Below the pieces are notes generated by a model. That model made no database searches and had not been told where the DNA came from. It worked only from the letters and a program-made list of their open reading frames with translations. A stretch of 64,000 nucleotides of DNA from a virus. Shown piece by piece: positions 7,799-17,676 of the stretch. The first letter of the stretch is position 1, and every line of letters begins with the position of its first letter. A program made the translations under genes and the position numbers. The DNA is taken from the IMG/VR virus record IMGVR_UViG_3300025154_000082, positions 4,296 to 68,295 of that record. One strand, 5' to 3'.

Positions 7799-7842
7799 GT
7801 GTGTTTTTGTTGTTGGCAAAACATGGAGAGAAGGTTTTTATT

Positions 7843-8772
7843 ATGAATATGATTAGAGATCCAAAGAAGTTAAGAAGAGTTCCAATCAAAGAAGAATTAG
7901 TTGAAATTACAGGTGATTACATTAAGGCAGTTATTTTGCAACAATTTATTTACTGGTCAGAAAGAACCAAAGATTATGACCAATTTGTTTTAGAAGAAAA
8001 GTTTCAGGCCGAAAGGTGTGGATATGAATACAAGGCAGAATTGAAAAACGGATGGATATTTAAGAGTTCTGAACAACTATCAGAAGAAACTATGCTTAGA
8101 TTAAAACATACCGCAATGCGTACACATATTAAGGTATTAGTGGATAAGGGTTTTCTATCTGAGAGAACTAATCCTCTTGATAAACGGGATAGAACCATAC
8201 AATATCGTGTGAACATTTTAGCAATACAACTTGATCTACTAGAACATAACTATGTCTTAGATGGATATTCTAGTCCAATTAATTTTGAAACTCTTATGGA
8301 AGTTATCCACAAGAAAAAGCAATCTCGGAATGCGGAAATGCAAACATCATTAAATGGAAATGCTTCATCAGAATGTGAGATTGCACAGCCGGAAAACAAT
8401 AATGGCATAGAATATGGGGTTGAAGACATAATTGCATTCTCGGAAAACGGAAATGCATCTCCGCAAATATGCAATGCAACTAGCGAAAACATGCAAGCAT
8501 TACCAGAGACTACTTACAGAGATATATATCTTATTGATATTAATCGCGTGTGGGAAGAGGTTGTGGATAACTTGAGAAAGAAATTGTCTCCTGCTTCTCT
8601 GTCTGCTTGGATATTACCCATCATACCAGAAATACAGGAGACAAAGTTAATACTTAATTGTTCAAGTCAATTTGCTGTGGATTGGATAGAGGGAAAATAT
8701 CTTAGTATGATTGTTAATTGTTTGCCTGAAAATAGTGGAATTAAGGATGTTGTTGTATGTGAAAGTTCTTAA
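7843..8772 (+). CDS. RepA_N-like plasmid/phage replication initiator (winged-helix N-terminus)
   Basis: RBS ggagagaagg before ATG 7843 (ORF track starts upstream at 7801); N-terminal IKAVILQQFIYWSERT ... GWIFKSSEQLSEETMLRLKHTAMRTHIKVLVDKGFLSERT ... IQYRVNI resembles RepA_N wHTH; one of few plus-strand genes; ori-like repeats lie within its central region. Confidence 0.5.
   Translation: MNMIRDPKKLRRVPIKEELVEITGDYIKAVILQQFIYWSERTKDYDQFVLEEKFQAERCGYEYKAELKNGWIFKSSEQLSEETMLRLKHTAMRTHIKVLVDKGFLSERTNPLDKRDRTIQYRVNILAIQLDLLEHNYVLDGYSSPINFETLMEVIHKKKQSRNAEMQTSLNGNASSECEIAQPENNNGIEYGVEDIIAFSENGNASPQICNATSENMQALPETTYRDIYLIDINRVWEEVVDNLRKKLSPASLSAWILPIIPEIQETKLILNCSSQFAVDWIEGKYLSMIVNCLPENSGIKDVVVCESS
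8303..8571. other. putative origin of replication inside rep gene (DnaA boxes + iteron-like direct repeats + AT-rich tract)
   Basis: perfect DnaA box ttatccaca at 8303-8311 and inverted perfect box tgtggataa at 8562-8570; 20-bp direct repeat tctcggaatgcggaaatgca (8323-8342) / tctcggaaaacggaaatgca (8438-8457) in different reading frames plus ggaaatgc at 8356-8363; AT tract gatatatatcttattgatattaat 8521-8544. Confidence 0.4.
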
Positions 8773-8864
8773 AGGTTTTTCAGGAGAAAATGATTGGTAA
8801 ATATTTATGGTTTTATTTGTATTAATTTAGTAGTATTATGTAGCAAAAAGAAAGTTAGTGCAGA

Positions 8865-9647
8865 ATGTTCGACTATGAACAAGAATCAGAAATTGAGAAA
8901 ATGCTTAAAGATGAAATCAGAGAGCAAAAGCGAACTGGCAATGGAATTCATGGTCGAGCATTAAGATTAAGAAAACACGAAACAGTTAGAACCCCTTCAG
9001 AATCTTTAGTAGGAATAGAAAGATTGAAAATTTATGCACCTTCTGTAATTCACTCAACAACGATTGGAGAAATGAAAATGACTGAACTTCTAGAAAAGAT
9101 TAAATTAGGTGAAATTCCATCTAAGTCAGAATTTGAAGCATTAGATTTTGAGAGTAATCAAAAAGCTTTAGCTGAATTGAGAAGATTACACACTAATCAT
9201 GAAATTATGAAAAGTTGGAAATGTTCGTCTACATCTCTTAGTAATTTCTTCGCAGAAATGCAAGTTGCAAAAATTAAAGGTGGAGAAATATTGATTGGAA
9301 AGTCTGCTGTTGATTTTTTAAATAAAGGAAGAATTACAAGAGGATTGCCTAAAATTGGTGAAGATAGTAATCAGGAGAAAATTAAAAGGCCATATAATAG
9401 GGTCGCTCCTATAGATAATTCTAAAGAAATTCTGAGTGAAAATATTATTCCCACTCAGAATGTAGATTCAATTTTTATTAATCAAAAAGAAACCATAATT
9501 GAGAATAACTATTTAATCAATGTTAATAGAAAATTTAATACTAGGAACTTGGCTTCTTTTTTGGAAAGGTTAACTCTATTTCTCAGTGAAGAGAATCAGG
9601 AATTTTTAGTTGAAATTAGAGTTATTGAGGTTGGGAGTAAAAGGTAG
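8865..9647 (+). CDS. hypothetical protein co-transcribed with rep (replication-associated?)
   Basis: 260-aa plus-strand ORF immediately downstream of rep; no clear motif. Confidence 0.35.
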   Translation: MFDYEQESEIEKMLKDEIREQKRTGNGIHGRALRLRKHETVRTPSESLVGIERLKIYAPSVIHSTTIGEMKMTELLEKIKLGEIPSKSEFEALDFESNQKALAELRRLHTNHEIMKSWKCSSTSLSNFFAEMQVAKIKGGEILIGKSAVDFLNKGRITRGLPKIGEDSNQEKIKRPYNRVAPIDNSKEILSENIIPTQNVDSIFINQKETIIENNYLINVNRKFNTRNLASFLERLTLFLSEENQEFLVEIRVIEVGSKR

Positions 9648-9654
9648 GTTATTA

Positions 9655-10164
9655 TCAACCCTTAATTATATCAATAAAGAACTCACCTTTGTCAAATAAT
9701 CCCTGTTTTCTTCCAACCAATATATTTTCACCATCTGTTGCTACCATACCACATCCACAATGACAAGTTGGAGCAATATCTTCAAACATTACTAAATCCT
9801 CAGCAATAACATTTGAACAGTTCTTCTTGATAATATTCCAAAATATATCTAATACTTCTGATTTTGCTTCATCAATTGTTGTTACAGCACCTTTAATTAC
9901 TTTGCATTTAACATTTTGATTCTCTTTTACTTTTTTACCTGCATAATATCGAATTATATATGCAGTAATAGGTTCTCTGCTTTCACATATAGGACATCTT
10001 TTATTATTTTGTGTGAAATCATAAGGCGTAGTCATATAAGCAGGATGTGATTTATTTTCTGAACAATTGAGCCATATCAATACATCCTTTGCATCATGAG
10101 CTATTTCTTTAGGACTTCCACCAATTTGTTTAATCTTTGCCATTTTTATAATTCCTTCTTTCAA
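9655..10164 (-). CDS. Cys-rich hypothetical protein
   Basis: 169 aa with CPICE and CHCGCG cysteine clusters. Confidence 0.35.
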   Translation of the reverse strand: MKEGIIKMAKIKQIGGSPKEIAHDAKDVLIWLNCSENKSHPAYMTTPYDFTQNNKRCPICESREPITAYIIRYYAGKKVKENQNVKCKVIKGAVTTIDEAKSEVLDIFWNIIKKNCSNVIAEDLVMFEDIAPTCHCGCGMVATDGENILVGRKQGLFDKGEFFIDIIKG

Positions 10165-10231
10165 TTGTTTTATTTAATCTAATATTGTAGTCTATTGGGC
10201 GTTTAAATTTCATATTAATATTTCCCTTTTA

Positions 10232-10507
10232 TCACCCACATTTAGGACAAATCAAAATTTTCTCAATTACAGGTGTTCCAAAGTGTTCATTCCTATTTTC
10301 ATCCCTTTGTTCTAACTCGCTTCTGCAAACCTCGCATAGTCCTTCTAATTCGCAATATTCTTCATTTTTATCTGACATAATTGATAACAAACTTTTAAAA
10401 TCTATAATATCACTTGTCATTCTCAATCCATTGCAACATTGAAGAAATTCTGGACTTTCAATTGGAAAATTTAAAATATCTTCTAGATCAATATTTGTGT
10501 TTATCAT
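10232..10507 (-). CDS. small zinc-ribbon protein
   Basis: 91 aa; CEVC ... CPKCG pairs. Confidence 0.35.
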   Translation of the reverse strand: MINTNIDLEDILNFPIESPEFLQCCNGLRMTSDIIDFKSLLSIMSDKNEEYCELEGLCEVCRSELEQRDENRNEHFGTPVIEKILICPKCG

Positions 10508-10543
10508 ATGGTTGTCTCCTTTATCTTATGTTTTGTTTCATAT

Positions 10544-11137
10544 TTACAATAATTTATTTGCTATATCTGTCCAATTCAATGCTCTTTCGCCTTGCCAGTT
10601 CTCATTCCAGCTTTTAATCACACCAAAGCATATTCTACGTTCTACTGTTGTGACAGATTTTAAATTTGATTCAACATCATCTATAAATACATTGCCCTTG
10701 CCTACTGCATTTAATAGACTCTTATCCATTTTACAATTTTTATTTACAAGAAACATTGCTTCTGTAATAAAAGGAAGATTCGTATCAACCCACATTGTTT
10801 TATATTTTATATTAGAAAACGAACCAATACTTATTAAGATAATTTCATATTTTTTATTTAATTCTCTTAAAACTACATATGTATTATGATTAATAAATTT
10901 AAGATTATTAAAGAAATCTCTTTTGCCAAATATCTCTTCTACTTCTTTAACTCCTTTGAGTAAAGGCAATTCATCTGCAAAATCCCATTTATTCACGTTC
11001 TGCCATATTGGAGGAATATAATCAGGGTGATCTTTATAGATTTCTGAATATGTAGTACAAAATGCTTCAGTAGAAGAGGTTATGGTATTATCTATGTCAC
11101 AGAATAATCGAGGTCTACTAATCATTATTTTCTCCAA
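10544..11137 (-). CDS. HAD-superfamily 5'(3')-deoxyribonucleotidase-like
   Basis: N-terminal DxDxT motif LFCDIDNTIT; C-terminal GKGNVFIDDV (HAD motif IV). Confidence 0.55.
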   Translation of the reverse strand: MEKIMISRPRLFCDIDNTITSSTEAFCTTYSEIYKDHPDYIPPIWQNVNKWDFADELPLLKGVKEVEEIFGKRDFFNNLKFINHNTYVVLRELNKKYEIILISIGSFSNIKYKTMWVDTNLPFITEAMFLVNKNCKMDKSLLNAVGKGNVFIDDVESNLKSVTTVERRICFGVIKSWNENWQGERALNWTDIANKLL

Positions 11138-11696
11138 TCTTTTTTAAAATATATTTCACACATTCATCAAAATCATAATTTTTAACAATATAATCAACTT
11201 CTTGATTAACTATATCAAATGTAAATTGTTCTTCATCATCTAATTTACGCCTATTCCATTCTATTTGATCAAATCCATCCCTATTAATTGCTCTTTGTTT
11301 TCTAGTTGGTTCATTTACATCAATGAAAAATGATACAATGTTGTCTTTGAAATGTTTCTTGAGTTCTATTAACCCTAAAATATCTAGAACAACTATGTAA
11401 TTATGTTTTGATAAATTAATGCTTTCGCAATGTAAGCCGTAATACCAAACATCTGGCACATTATTCACAAGTGTATTATATTTTCTACATTCAATAAATT
11501 CTTCTTGTGCAATCATATCTTCAAATTGTTTTCTTGAAATGAAATGATATGGATTATTTTCTGATTCTAATGGTCGCATGGGGCGTGATGTATGAGATAT
11601 CACCATTTCATAATTGTAATTATCTGATATGTACTTAGATAAACTATCCTTTCCTGAACTGCTGAATCCTGCGAGAACCACTACTTTATTTTTCAA
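11118..11696 (-). CDS. guanylate kinase-family nucleoside monophosphate kinase
   Basis: P-loop GFSSSGKDS and ISHTSRPMRPLE...PYHFISRKQFEDMI matching GMP-kinase TTRxPRxGE...YxFVS pattern. Confidence 0.6.
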   Translation of the reverse strand: MKNKVVVLAGFSSSGKDSLSKYISDNYNYEMVISHTSRPMRPLESENNPYHFISRKQFEDMIAQEEFIECRKYNTLVNNVPDVWYYGLHCESINLSKHNYIVVLDILGLIELKKHFKDNIVSFFIDVNEPTRKQRAINRDGFDQIEWNRRKLDDEEQFTFDIVNQEVDYIVKNYDFDECVKYILKKIGENND

Positions 11697-12362
11697 TTAC
11701 TTCACCTCAATATCATCAAATATTACTGGTATTTTCCCTTTTAATTCTTCTAATAGCATAATAGCAACTTCACGCATTTGTGGGTGTGCAACTTTAGCAG
11801 TTCTTAGTCTAAAGAAATGCCTTAATTCTCTAAGATTCATAGTAACAACAATTTCAGTTTTTAATGAATTGGGTAATACAGAACGTGCTTCTTGTGGACT
11901 TGCGCCTAATGTCAATAGTTCAAAATATGTAATCTCTGCTTGTAAACACCCTATTCTCCAAGATTGAAATTGTTTAGACTCTTCATTCCAAAACAAAGGT
12001 TTAATTACTGTAATTTCCTTACCGAATTTTTCTTGATTATAGTTGCAATATCTGGTTGATTCCTGAGCATAAGAAGCAATTCTATGTCTTACAATTTCGT
12101 GTGTAACCCCTCTATCACAGATGAACTTAACTGATATATTAAAGTGCTCAATCATAGCTTCATGGCCCCTTTTAATGAGGTCTGCAACGAATTTTTTAGA
12201 TGAGTCAGGAGTAATTTTACTCTCACTTTTGTAACAAGTTCGGCCTACTACTTCTATATGTTTAAGAATTTCATCTCCATTGATTTGATCTAATATCTCT
12301 ACACTTGCATTAATAATTTTCATTTTAATTATTCCTTCTTTCTTTCTTTTATTTCTACTCAA
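11697..12362 (-). CDS. thyX: flavin-dependent thymidylate synthase ThyX
   Basis: ThyX signature RHRIASYAQESTRY (RHRx7S). Confidence 0.8.
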   Translation of the reverse strand: MSRNKRKKEGIIKMKIINASVEILDQINGDEILKHIEVVGRTCYKSESKITPDSSKKFVADLIKRGHEAMIEHFNISVKFICDRGVTHEIVRHRIASYAQESTRYCNYNQEKFGKEITVIKPLFWNEESKQFQSWRIGCLQAEITYFELLTLGASPQEARSVLPNSLKTEIVVTMNLRELRHFFRLRTAKVAHPQMREVAIMLLEELKGKIPVIFDDIEVK

Positions 12363-12858
12363 ATTTTATTTTATCATACTGATATTTCTTATGATATATA
12401 CATGTTTGCTCATAGCAACAGTCAGGACAGTTTCTATGATATAGCATTTCCTGATTATTACAGGATAATTTATTACGCATTGGAATTAGACCCTTTTCAA
12501 GAATTGCTTTCTCAATATCAGAAATCTCTTCTTGATTATCTTCATTTCCATTTTCTTGATTCAGCAACCATTGTTCATATTCCTCAATGGTTTTAAGAAG
12601 TCCAACAGTAATATCTTTTAGTTCATAATCATCATAAAATTTTATTTTGTAGTAATCAATATCTTTCCTAATATTTCTTTTTACAATGGTACATTCTTGA
12701 CCTCTATATTTTACAATTAAGCCAACAAAAACTACTTTATCTTCTACATTAAATTTAGGTTCTTTTTTGATGTCGCTTAATTCTGAATATTTATCTTCCT
12801 TTTTTTGTTTAGGTGCTCTAGGGGTTAGATTAATTTTACCTTTTGCCATATTTTTCAC
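12355..12858 (-). CDS. hypothetical protein with C-terminal Cys cluster
   Basis: 167 aa; CNNQEMLYHRNCPDCCYEQTC; start overlaps thyX stop. Confidence 0.35.
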   Translation of the reverse strand: MKNMAKGKINLTPRAPKQKKEDKYSELSDIKKEPKFNVEDKVVFVGLIVKYRGQECTIVKRNIRKDIDYYKIKFYDDYELKDITVGLLKTIEEYEQWLLNQENGNEDNQEEISDIEKAILEKGLIPMRNKLSCNNQEMLYHRNCPDCCYEQTCIYHKKYQYDKIKFE

Positions 12859-12955
12859 ATCCTTTCATAACTCTGTACTACAATCCATATAAATTATTAT
12901 ACATTAATCACAATACAGAGTCAATATAATTTTATTTATTGCTTTATGTATAAAT

Positions 12956-13168
12956 CTAATACTGCACAAACCCTGTAACCCTATTATCTTTCTCATTCAG
13001 CAACTCATAAGCAACTTTAATAATTTGCCTCAATATAATATCACATTCATTGAAATCCATTCCCTCAAAATCAGCAGTCAAGAATCCTTTCATTCGATCA
13101 TAATGTCTTATTTCTAATTCCTTATTTGAAAGAACTTCCTTATTTGTAATGTTTACATTATTTCTCAT
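12956..13168 (-). CDS. hypothetical protein
   Basis: 70-aa ORF. Confidence 0.3.
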   Translation of the reverse strand: MRNNVNITNKEVLSNKELEIRHYDRMKGFLTADFEGMDFNECDIILRQIIKVAYELLNEKDNRVTGFVQY

Positions 13169-13208
13169 AAATCATTCTCCTTTTATTTTATTTAATTTTA
13201 TATCTAAT

Positions 13209-13562
13209 CTACTCCCAAGTATCTTCTTCAGGTAAACTAATTGCAACAACTACTTCACCGCTACGATATAATTCTAAGATATGTCTACACATATATTCTT
13301 TGCTAGGTTTTTGCCAATCAAAACAAATTACAATATTGGCATTATTAATTTTTAATTTAAATCCATTCCAATGTTCCTGTTTTTCTATTTCTGCATCAAC
13401 AACAGATAATTTAGTGATAATTCCTAATTCTCCATCTGAATGAACAGATTCTATTTTAATTATCTTATTTAATGTTTTGTTCATAAAATATTCTAAATCC
13501 ATATGTATTCCTCCTAATATTTTATTTTTGATTATGCCTGACTCGATATATTTAGGCATCAC
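13209..13562 (-). CDS. hypothetical protein
   Basis: 117-aa ORF. Confidence 0.35.
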   Translation of the reverse strand: MMPKYIESGIIKNKILGGIHMDLEYFMNKTLNKIIKIESVHSDGELGIITKLSVVDAEIEKQEHWNGFKLKINNANIVICFDWQKPSKEYMCRHILELYRSGEVVVAISLPEEDTWE

Positions 13563-13565
13563 TTC

Positions 13566-13952
13566 CTACCAACTCTTATAATCAGTGAAATCAATTACAA
13601 TGTCACACTTAGGGCATACGCCTTTATATGTAGAACCTATTCCTGAACCATACTCAAACAATAATAAATGCCTTTTATCTTTATCACATTCAGCATATAT
13701 TCCTAGCGCATTTATCTCGTCAGTTTTGCCAATATAAGTATAACCTTTCCTAATTAATCTCTTCTGTGCTTCTTTGTCATATTGATCAGCTTGGAGTTGA
13801 GTAATTTGATTTTGAATTTCTTTAATGTATGATTTCCGTATGTCTCTTTTAATTTCTAATCCAAGAATTTCTTTTCTGATATTGTCTAACTCTTGATTAG
13901 AAGACTCTAATTGTTCTTGAAGTTTAGCAATTTGAATGTTTGCATCAAGCAT
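13566..13952 (-). CDS. hypothetical coiled-coil protein with C-terminal CPKCD zinc-binding pair
   Basis: 128 aa, heptad-rich N-terminus. Confidence 0.35.
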   Translation of the reverse strand: MLDANIQIAKLQEQLESSNQELDNIRKEILGLEIKRDIRKSYIKEIQNQITQLQADQYDKEAQKRLIRKGYTYIGKTDEINALGIYAECDKDKRHLLLFEYGSGIGSTYKGVCPKCDIVIDFTDYKSW

Positions 13953-14385
13953 TTTATCCCCACTCCTTTAATGTTTTATTTTATGATATAACCACTTTTA
14001 ATTCTAGTGCTACATGTTGCTCTCGATCCATTACTCTATATTTCTCAATATCAACAACTTTATAGTTTTTATTGCTTCCTTTAATTGTTACTTCCTCACC
14101 ATTTTGATAATTAGGGTTATTGGAGGTGTATGCTGTTACTATTTCATTTTTGGAATTGTATAATAAAATATCTAATTAATCTCCTCCTTAAACAACTTCA
14201 AATTCATTATGATAATAAATTTCTGCTAAATCCCTTCTAGCATCAATTTCAGATAGTTTGTATTCATTCATGAATTCTTCTACTAATTTGTAGTTAAGTT
14301 TATCCATTGCTTGTAGAATGTAGTTTTCTTTGTTTGTGATCATTTTAATTTGTTCCTCCTTTCACCATTAAATAGAGTTTTGATG

Positions 14386-14817
14386 CTAATTTAATCTCAT
14401 TCCCCAACATTTATATTCATGATACGGAATTTCTTTTTCTTTTGATGTTACTTTTATAGACCTATCATCTACAACTTCAACAACTAACTCTTCTTTGTGA
14501 TTATGATAAACAGTATCACCTACCTTAAAATCAAAATCCGTTAAATAATAGTTCAAATAATTATATCTCTCACAAAATTTATCTAGTTCATCATATGCAA
14601 TTATTTCACAACTTTTATTAAAAGAAGCAAAAGAGAAAGTGATTGTTGTTTGTGAAAGTTCAAATATAAATTTATCTAAATTAACATCATTTTCTTTCTT
14701 AATATCTAAAATTTCTAACTCAAATTTCTTTCTAAAGTTTTCAATGACTGTAAAAATAGAATCTATTGATCTTATAGCATGATAATCATTATTCATTTCT
14801 ATGGTTCCATTAAACAT
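14386..14817 (-). CDS. hypothetical protein
   Basis: 143-aa ORF. Confidence 0.35.
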   Translation of the reverse strand: MFNGTIEMNNDYHAIRSIDSIFTVIENFRKKFELEILDIKKENDVNLDKFIFELSQTTITFSFASFNKSCEIIAYDELDKFCERYNYLNYYLTDFDFKVGDTVYHNHKEELVVEVVDDRSIKVTSKEKEIPYHEYKCWGMRLN

Positions 14818-14864
14818 TTATATCTTCCTTTCTTAATAGTGATTAAAATCATTATTTTAAATTA

Positions 14865-15206
14865 TCAATACCACTCGTAATAGTCTTTAAAATTTCTGTC
14901 ATAATTCCAGTAATCATCAATACCATATTCAGGTATAAATTTACAATATACAACATGATCAAGTGCTTCTTGACCAATATCCTTATCTATGTAAGCATAT
15001 TGCCATCTATAACCTCTGGCATTATCACTTGCTCTTATTGCTTTATAATAATCTCCATTATTTAATTCAATGGTAAATATTCCAGTGTTAGGAGATGTTT
15101 TGATAACTTTATTAATATCCTCTTGATTCATACTATCAAGTAATTCTTGTAATTTATTAAATGCCCTTTCCATCGTTGAACCATAAATAATTATATTTTT
15201 AGCCAT
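14865..15206 (-). CDS. hypothetical protein
   Basis: 113-aa ORF. Confidence 0.35.
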   Translation of the reverse strand: MAKNIIIYGSTMERAFNKLQELLDSMNQEDINKVIKTSPNTGIFTIELNNGDYYKAIRASDNARGYRWQYAYIDKDIGQEALDHVVYCKFIPEYGIDDYWNYDRNFKDYYEWY

Positions 15207-16520
15207 ATTTTAACCTCCTATAATAAAATCTCATACGGACTCACTTGAACTTCACACGAATTAATTAGTGTGATTCTTAATTCATTGACCAGACTAACGC
15301 CCAATCTCCTTAAGCTAACCCTGTAGTTCCTACAGTTTTTATTAATTATGCTATTAACTTCAATCCTTCATTTCTAATATTAATAGCAGCATTTATGTCT
15401 CTATTATGACTACTGCCACATTCTGGGCATTTCCATTCCCTAACACTTAAATCTAAATCAACATATTTCCATCCACAAACATGACAAAGTTTACTACTAG
15501 CAAAATATCTATCCACAACAGAAATTTCTCTACCATACCAAATTGCTTTATAATTCAACATTGTAGTAAAACTATACCATGAAGCATCTGATATACTTTT
15601 CGCTAATTTATGATTCTTCTTCATTCCTTCAATATTAAGATCCTCTAGGCAAATAACTTGATTTTCATTGATAAGTCTAGTTGATAATTTTTGAAGAAAG
15701 TCCTTCCTAGTATTAGTAATTTTCTCATGAAGTCTAGCCACTTTAATTCTTGCCTTGTTTCTATTTTTACTACCCTTTTTCTTCTTAGATAGTTTTCTTT
15801 GAAGTTTTACTAATTTATCTTCATATTTACGATAATATTTTGGATTATCAATAATTTCACATTCAGATGTAATAGCAAAATCTTTAATTCCCAAATCAAT
15901 ACCAATATTTATTTCTGATTTAGGTAATTTAATAGGCTCTGGCACTTCGCAAAGAATAGAGATAAAATATTTACCACTAGGAACCTGAGATATTGTTACA
16001 TTTTTAATTATTCCAATTACTTCTCTTGATTTAGCAAATTTAACTAAACCAAGTTTAGGAAGTTTAATTCTATTGCTTTCGATTCTAATATTATTATTTG
16101 TAAAAGTAGTACGATAAGACTTTCTATTATCTTTTTTAGATTTGAATTTTGGAAAACCTTGATTATTATTACCTTTCTTAATTTCTCTAAAGAAATTCTG
16201 ATAAGCTAAGTCTAAGTTTTTAAGAGTTTGTTGGAGAGATATACTATCAATTTCTTTAAGTCATTCAAATTCTTTTTTAAGTTGAGGTAGGAGAATAGCA
16301 CATTGATTATATGTTAAAGTTTGATGATTTTCTTTATACATCTCGATCCTTTTATCTAGAAAGTAATTATAGATGAATCTATTTGAACCTAAATGTTTAT
16401 TGATTAAAATTGTTTGCTCTTTGTTTGGGTATAGTCTGAATTTGAATGTTTTAAGCAATTGATACTCACCTCCAATATTTATTTATTATATCAAATTTTT
16501 AACTGATTTGTTAACAATTT
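15207..16520 (-). mobile_element. degenerate IS200/IS605-family TnpB-only element (IS1341-like)
   Basis: tnpB fragments in several frames; 3' tail 15230-15345 conserved with tail of intact copy at 47380-47503. Confidence 0.5.
15346..16458 (-). pseudogene. tnpB: tnpB pseudogene (multiple frameshifts)
   Basis: N-terminal 65-aa piece 16261..16458 and C-terminal RuvC-III/zinc-ribbon piece 15346..15945 (CHVCGWK...CPECGSSHNRDINAAINI) match full-length 47504..48637; middle third broken. Confidence 0.55.
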
Positions 16521-16995
16521 ATCTCATGACTGAAGTCACGGATGTTCTTGTTGTCCACCATAAAACATCAACTTTATAATCAGCATAACTCACAGTTCTC
16601 TTCTGAAAATAAACTTTCATATCACTATCATCTTTAGGGGTTAACCAATAATATTTAACATTTTCACTATACTTAGGATTATTGAACCTATATTCTTGAC
16701 CAGATTTAACTTTAAGATTGGATTTTGATTTATCAAATTCAATAAATGCTCCATAATCACCAATTACAATACGATTATAACCATTTGATATGAGTGTATT
16801 ATTTAGACTATGTATTTTGAAATTAGTATCACCATTAATATTTAATTGTGATGGAAGATTGTCTAGATATTTTTGTCTAACTTCTTCTGATAGAGATGAT
16901 TTTAGTTTGCGATATTTATATTTTGCAGATAATTCTTCTTGGAATTGTAGTAAGTTTTCTATGTGGTTATTCCTCCTTTTCAATTTTACTCTCAA
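16519..16995 (-). CDS. hypothetical protein
   Basis: 158-aa ORF. Confidence 0.35.
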   Translation of the reverse strand: MRVKLKRRNNHIENLLQFQEELSAKYKYRKLKSSLSEEVRQKYLDNLPSQLNINGDTNFKIHSLNNTLISNGYNRIVIGDYGAFIEFDKSKSNLKVKSGQEYRFNNPKYSENVKYYWLTPKDDSDMKVYFQKRTVSYADYKVDVLWWTTRTSVTSVMR

Positions 16996-17217
16996 TCTTA
17001 TTAATGATTTCTAAAATTTCTATGCAAGCCTTTTTGTACCCTTTAGACCAAATATAAGTGCTTTCATTATAATGATCTTTGGAAAAATTATTAATGTGAT
17101 TAATTAACCATTGTTTAAGTTCTTTCATTTATGGTTTCTCCTTTCTTTAATTTATCACCTCCTTTCTGTGATTTATATTATGATTGTTCAATGTTGATTT
17201 TATATTTTATCTTCCAT

Positions 17218-17400
17218 TTAAAATTCCTCATCCAATGCTAGTTTCCAACATTCAGAGCACATTGTATCATTACTTGCAATACATTTATTATGTTGATTTT
17301 CATTTAATCCTACAGCGTTAGGGCATACGCCAAATAGATTACTAATTTTAGAATTTGATTCTAATTGCAGATATTCTATTAATTTATCTTTTCCTGTCAT
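17218..17400 (-). CDS. Cys-rich 60-aa peptide
   Basis: GVCPNAVG ... HNKCIASNDTMCSECWKL. Confidence 0.3.
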   Translation of the reverse strand: MTGKDKLIEYLQLESNSKISNLFGVCPNAVGLNENQHNKCIASNDTMCSECWKLALDEEF

Positions 17401-17406
17401 TTAGAT

Positions 17407-17676
17407 TCACTCCTTAATAAATTCTAATATATCCATCATGGCATATGTTCTTTGTGCGTCTTTTTCTACATCCCAAACATCGAGTAACCATTGGTTTTCT
17501 TTGTGGTAATCAGTACTGCCATAGTGGATTTGTTGAGGAATAATTGTTCTGATTGATGTAATACCTTGATAATTTTTATATTTTACTTTGATTGGAGGAT
17601 TTGCTGGTTTAGTTTGAATTATGTTTTCTTTTATTGCAACATTCATTACCGAATCATTAACTGCCATTTTTAACAT
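17407..17676 (-). CDS. hypothetical protein
   Basis: 89-aa ORF. Confidence 0.3.
   Translation of the reverse strand: MLKMAVNDSVMNVAIKENIIQTKPANPPIKVKYKNYQGITSIRTIIPQQIHYGSTDYHKENQWLLDVWDVEKDAQRTYAMMDILEFIKE

Noticed and set aside
8320-8482. Direct repeats considered as a possible CRISPR array
   Set aside because: Only two to three imperfect copies, no regular spacer periodicity, no cas genes. Located inside a coding sequence and flanked by DnaA boxes, which fits iterons better.
8004-8492. Two minus-strand ORFs (70 and 80 aa) inside the rep gene
   Set aside because: Antisense to a well-supported plus-strand gene. No RBS. Region is better explained as ori repeats within rep.
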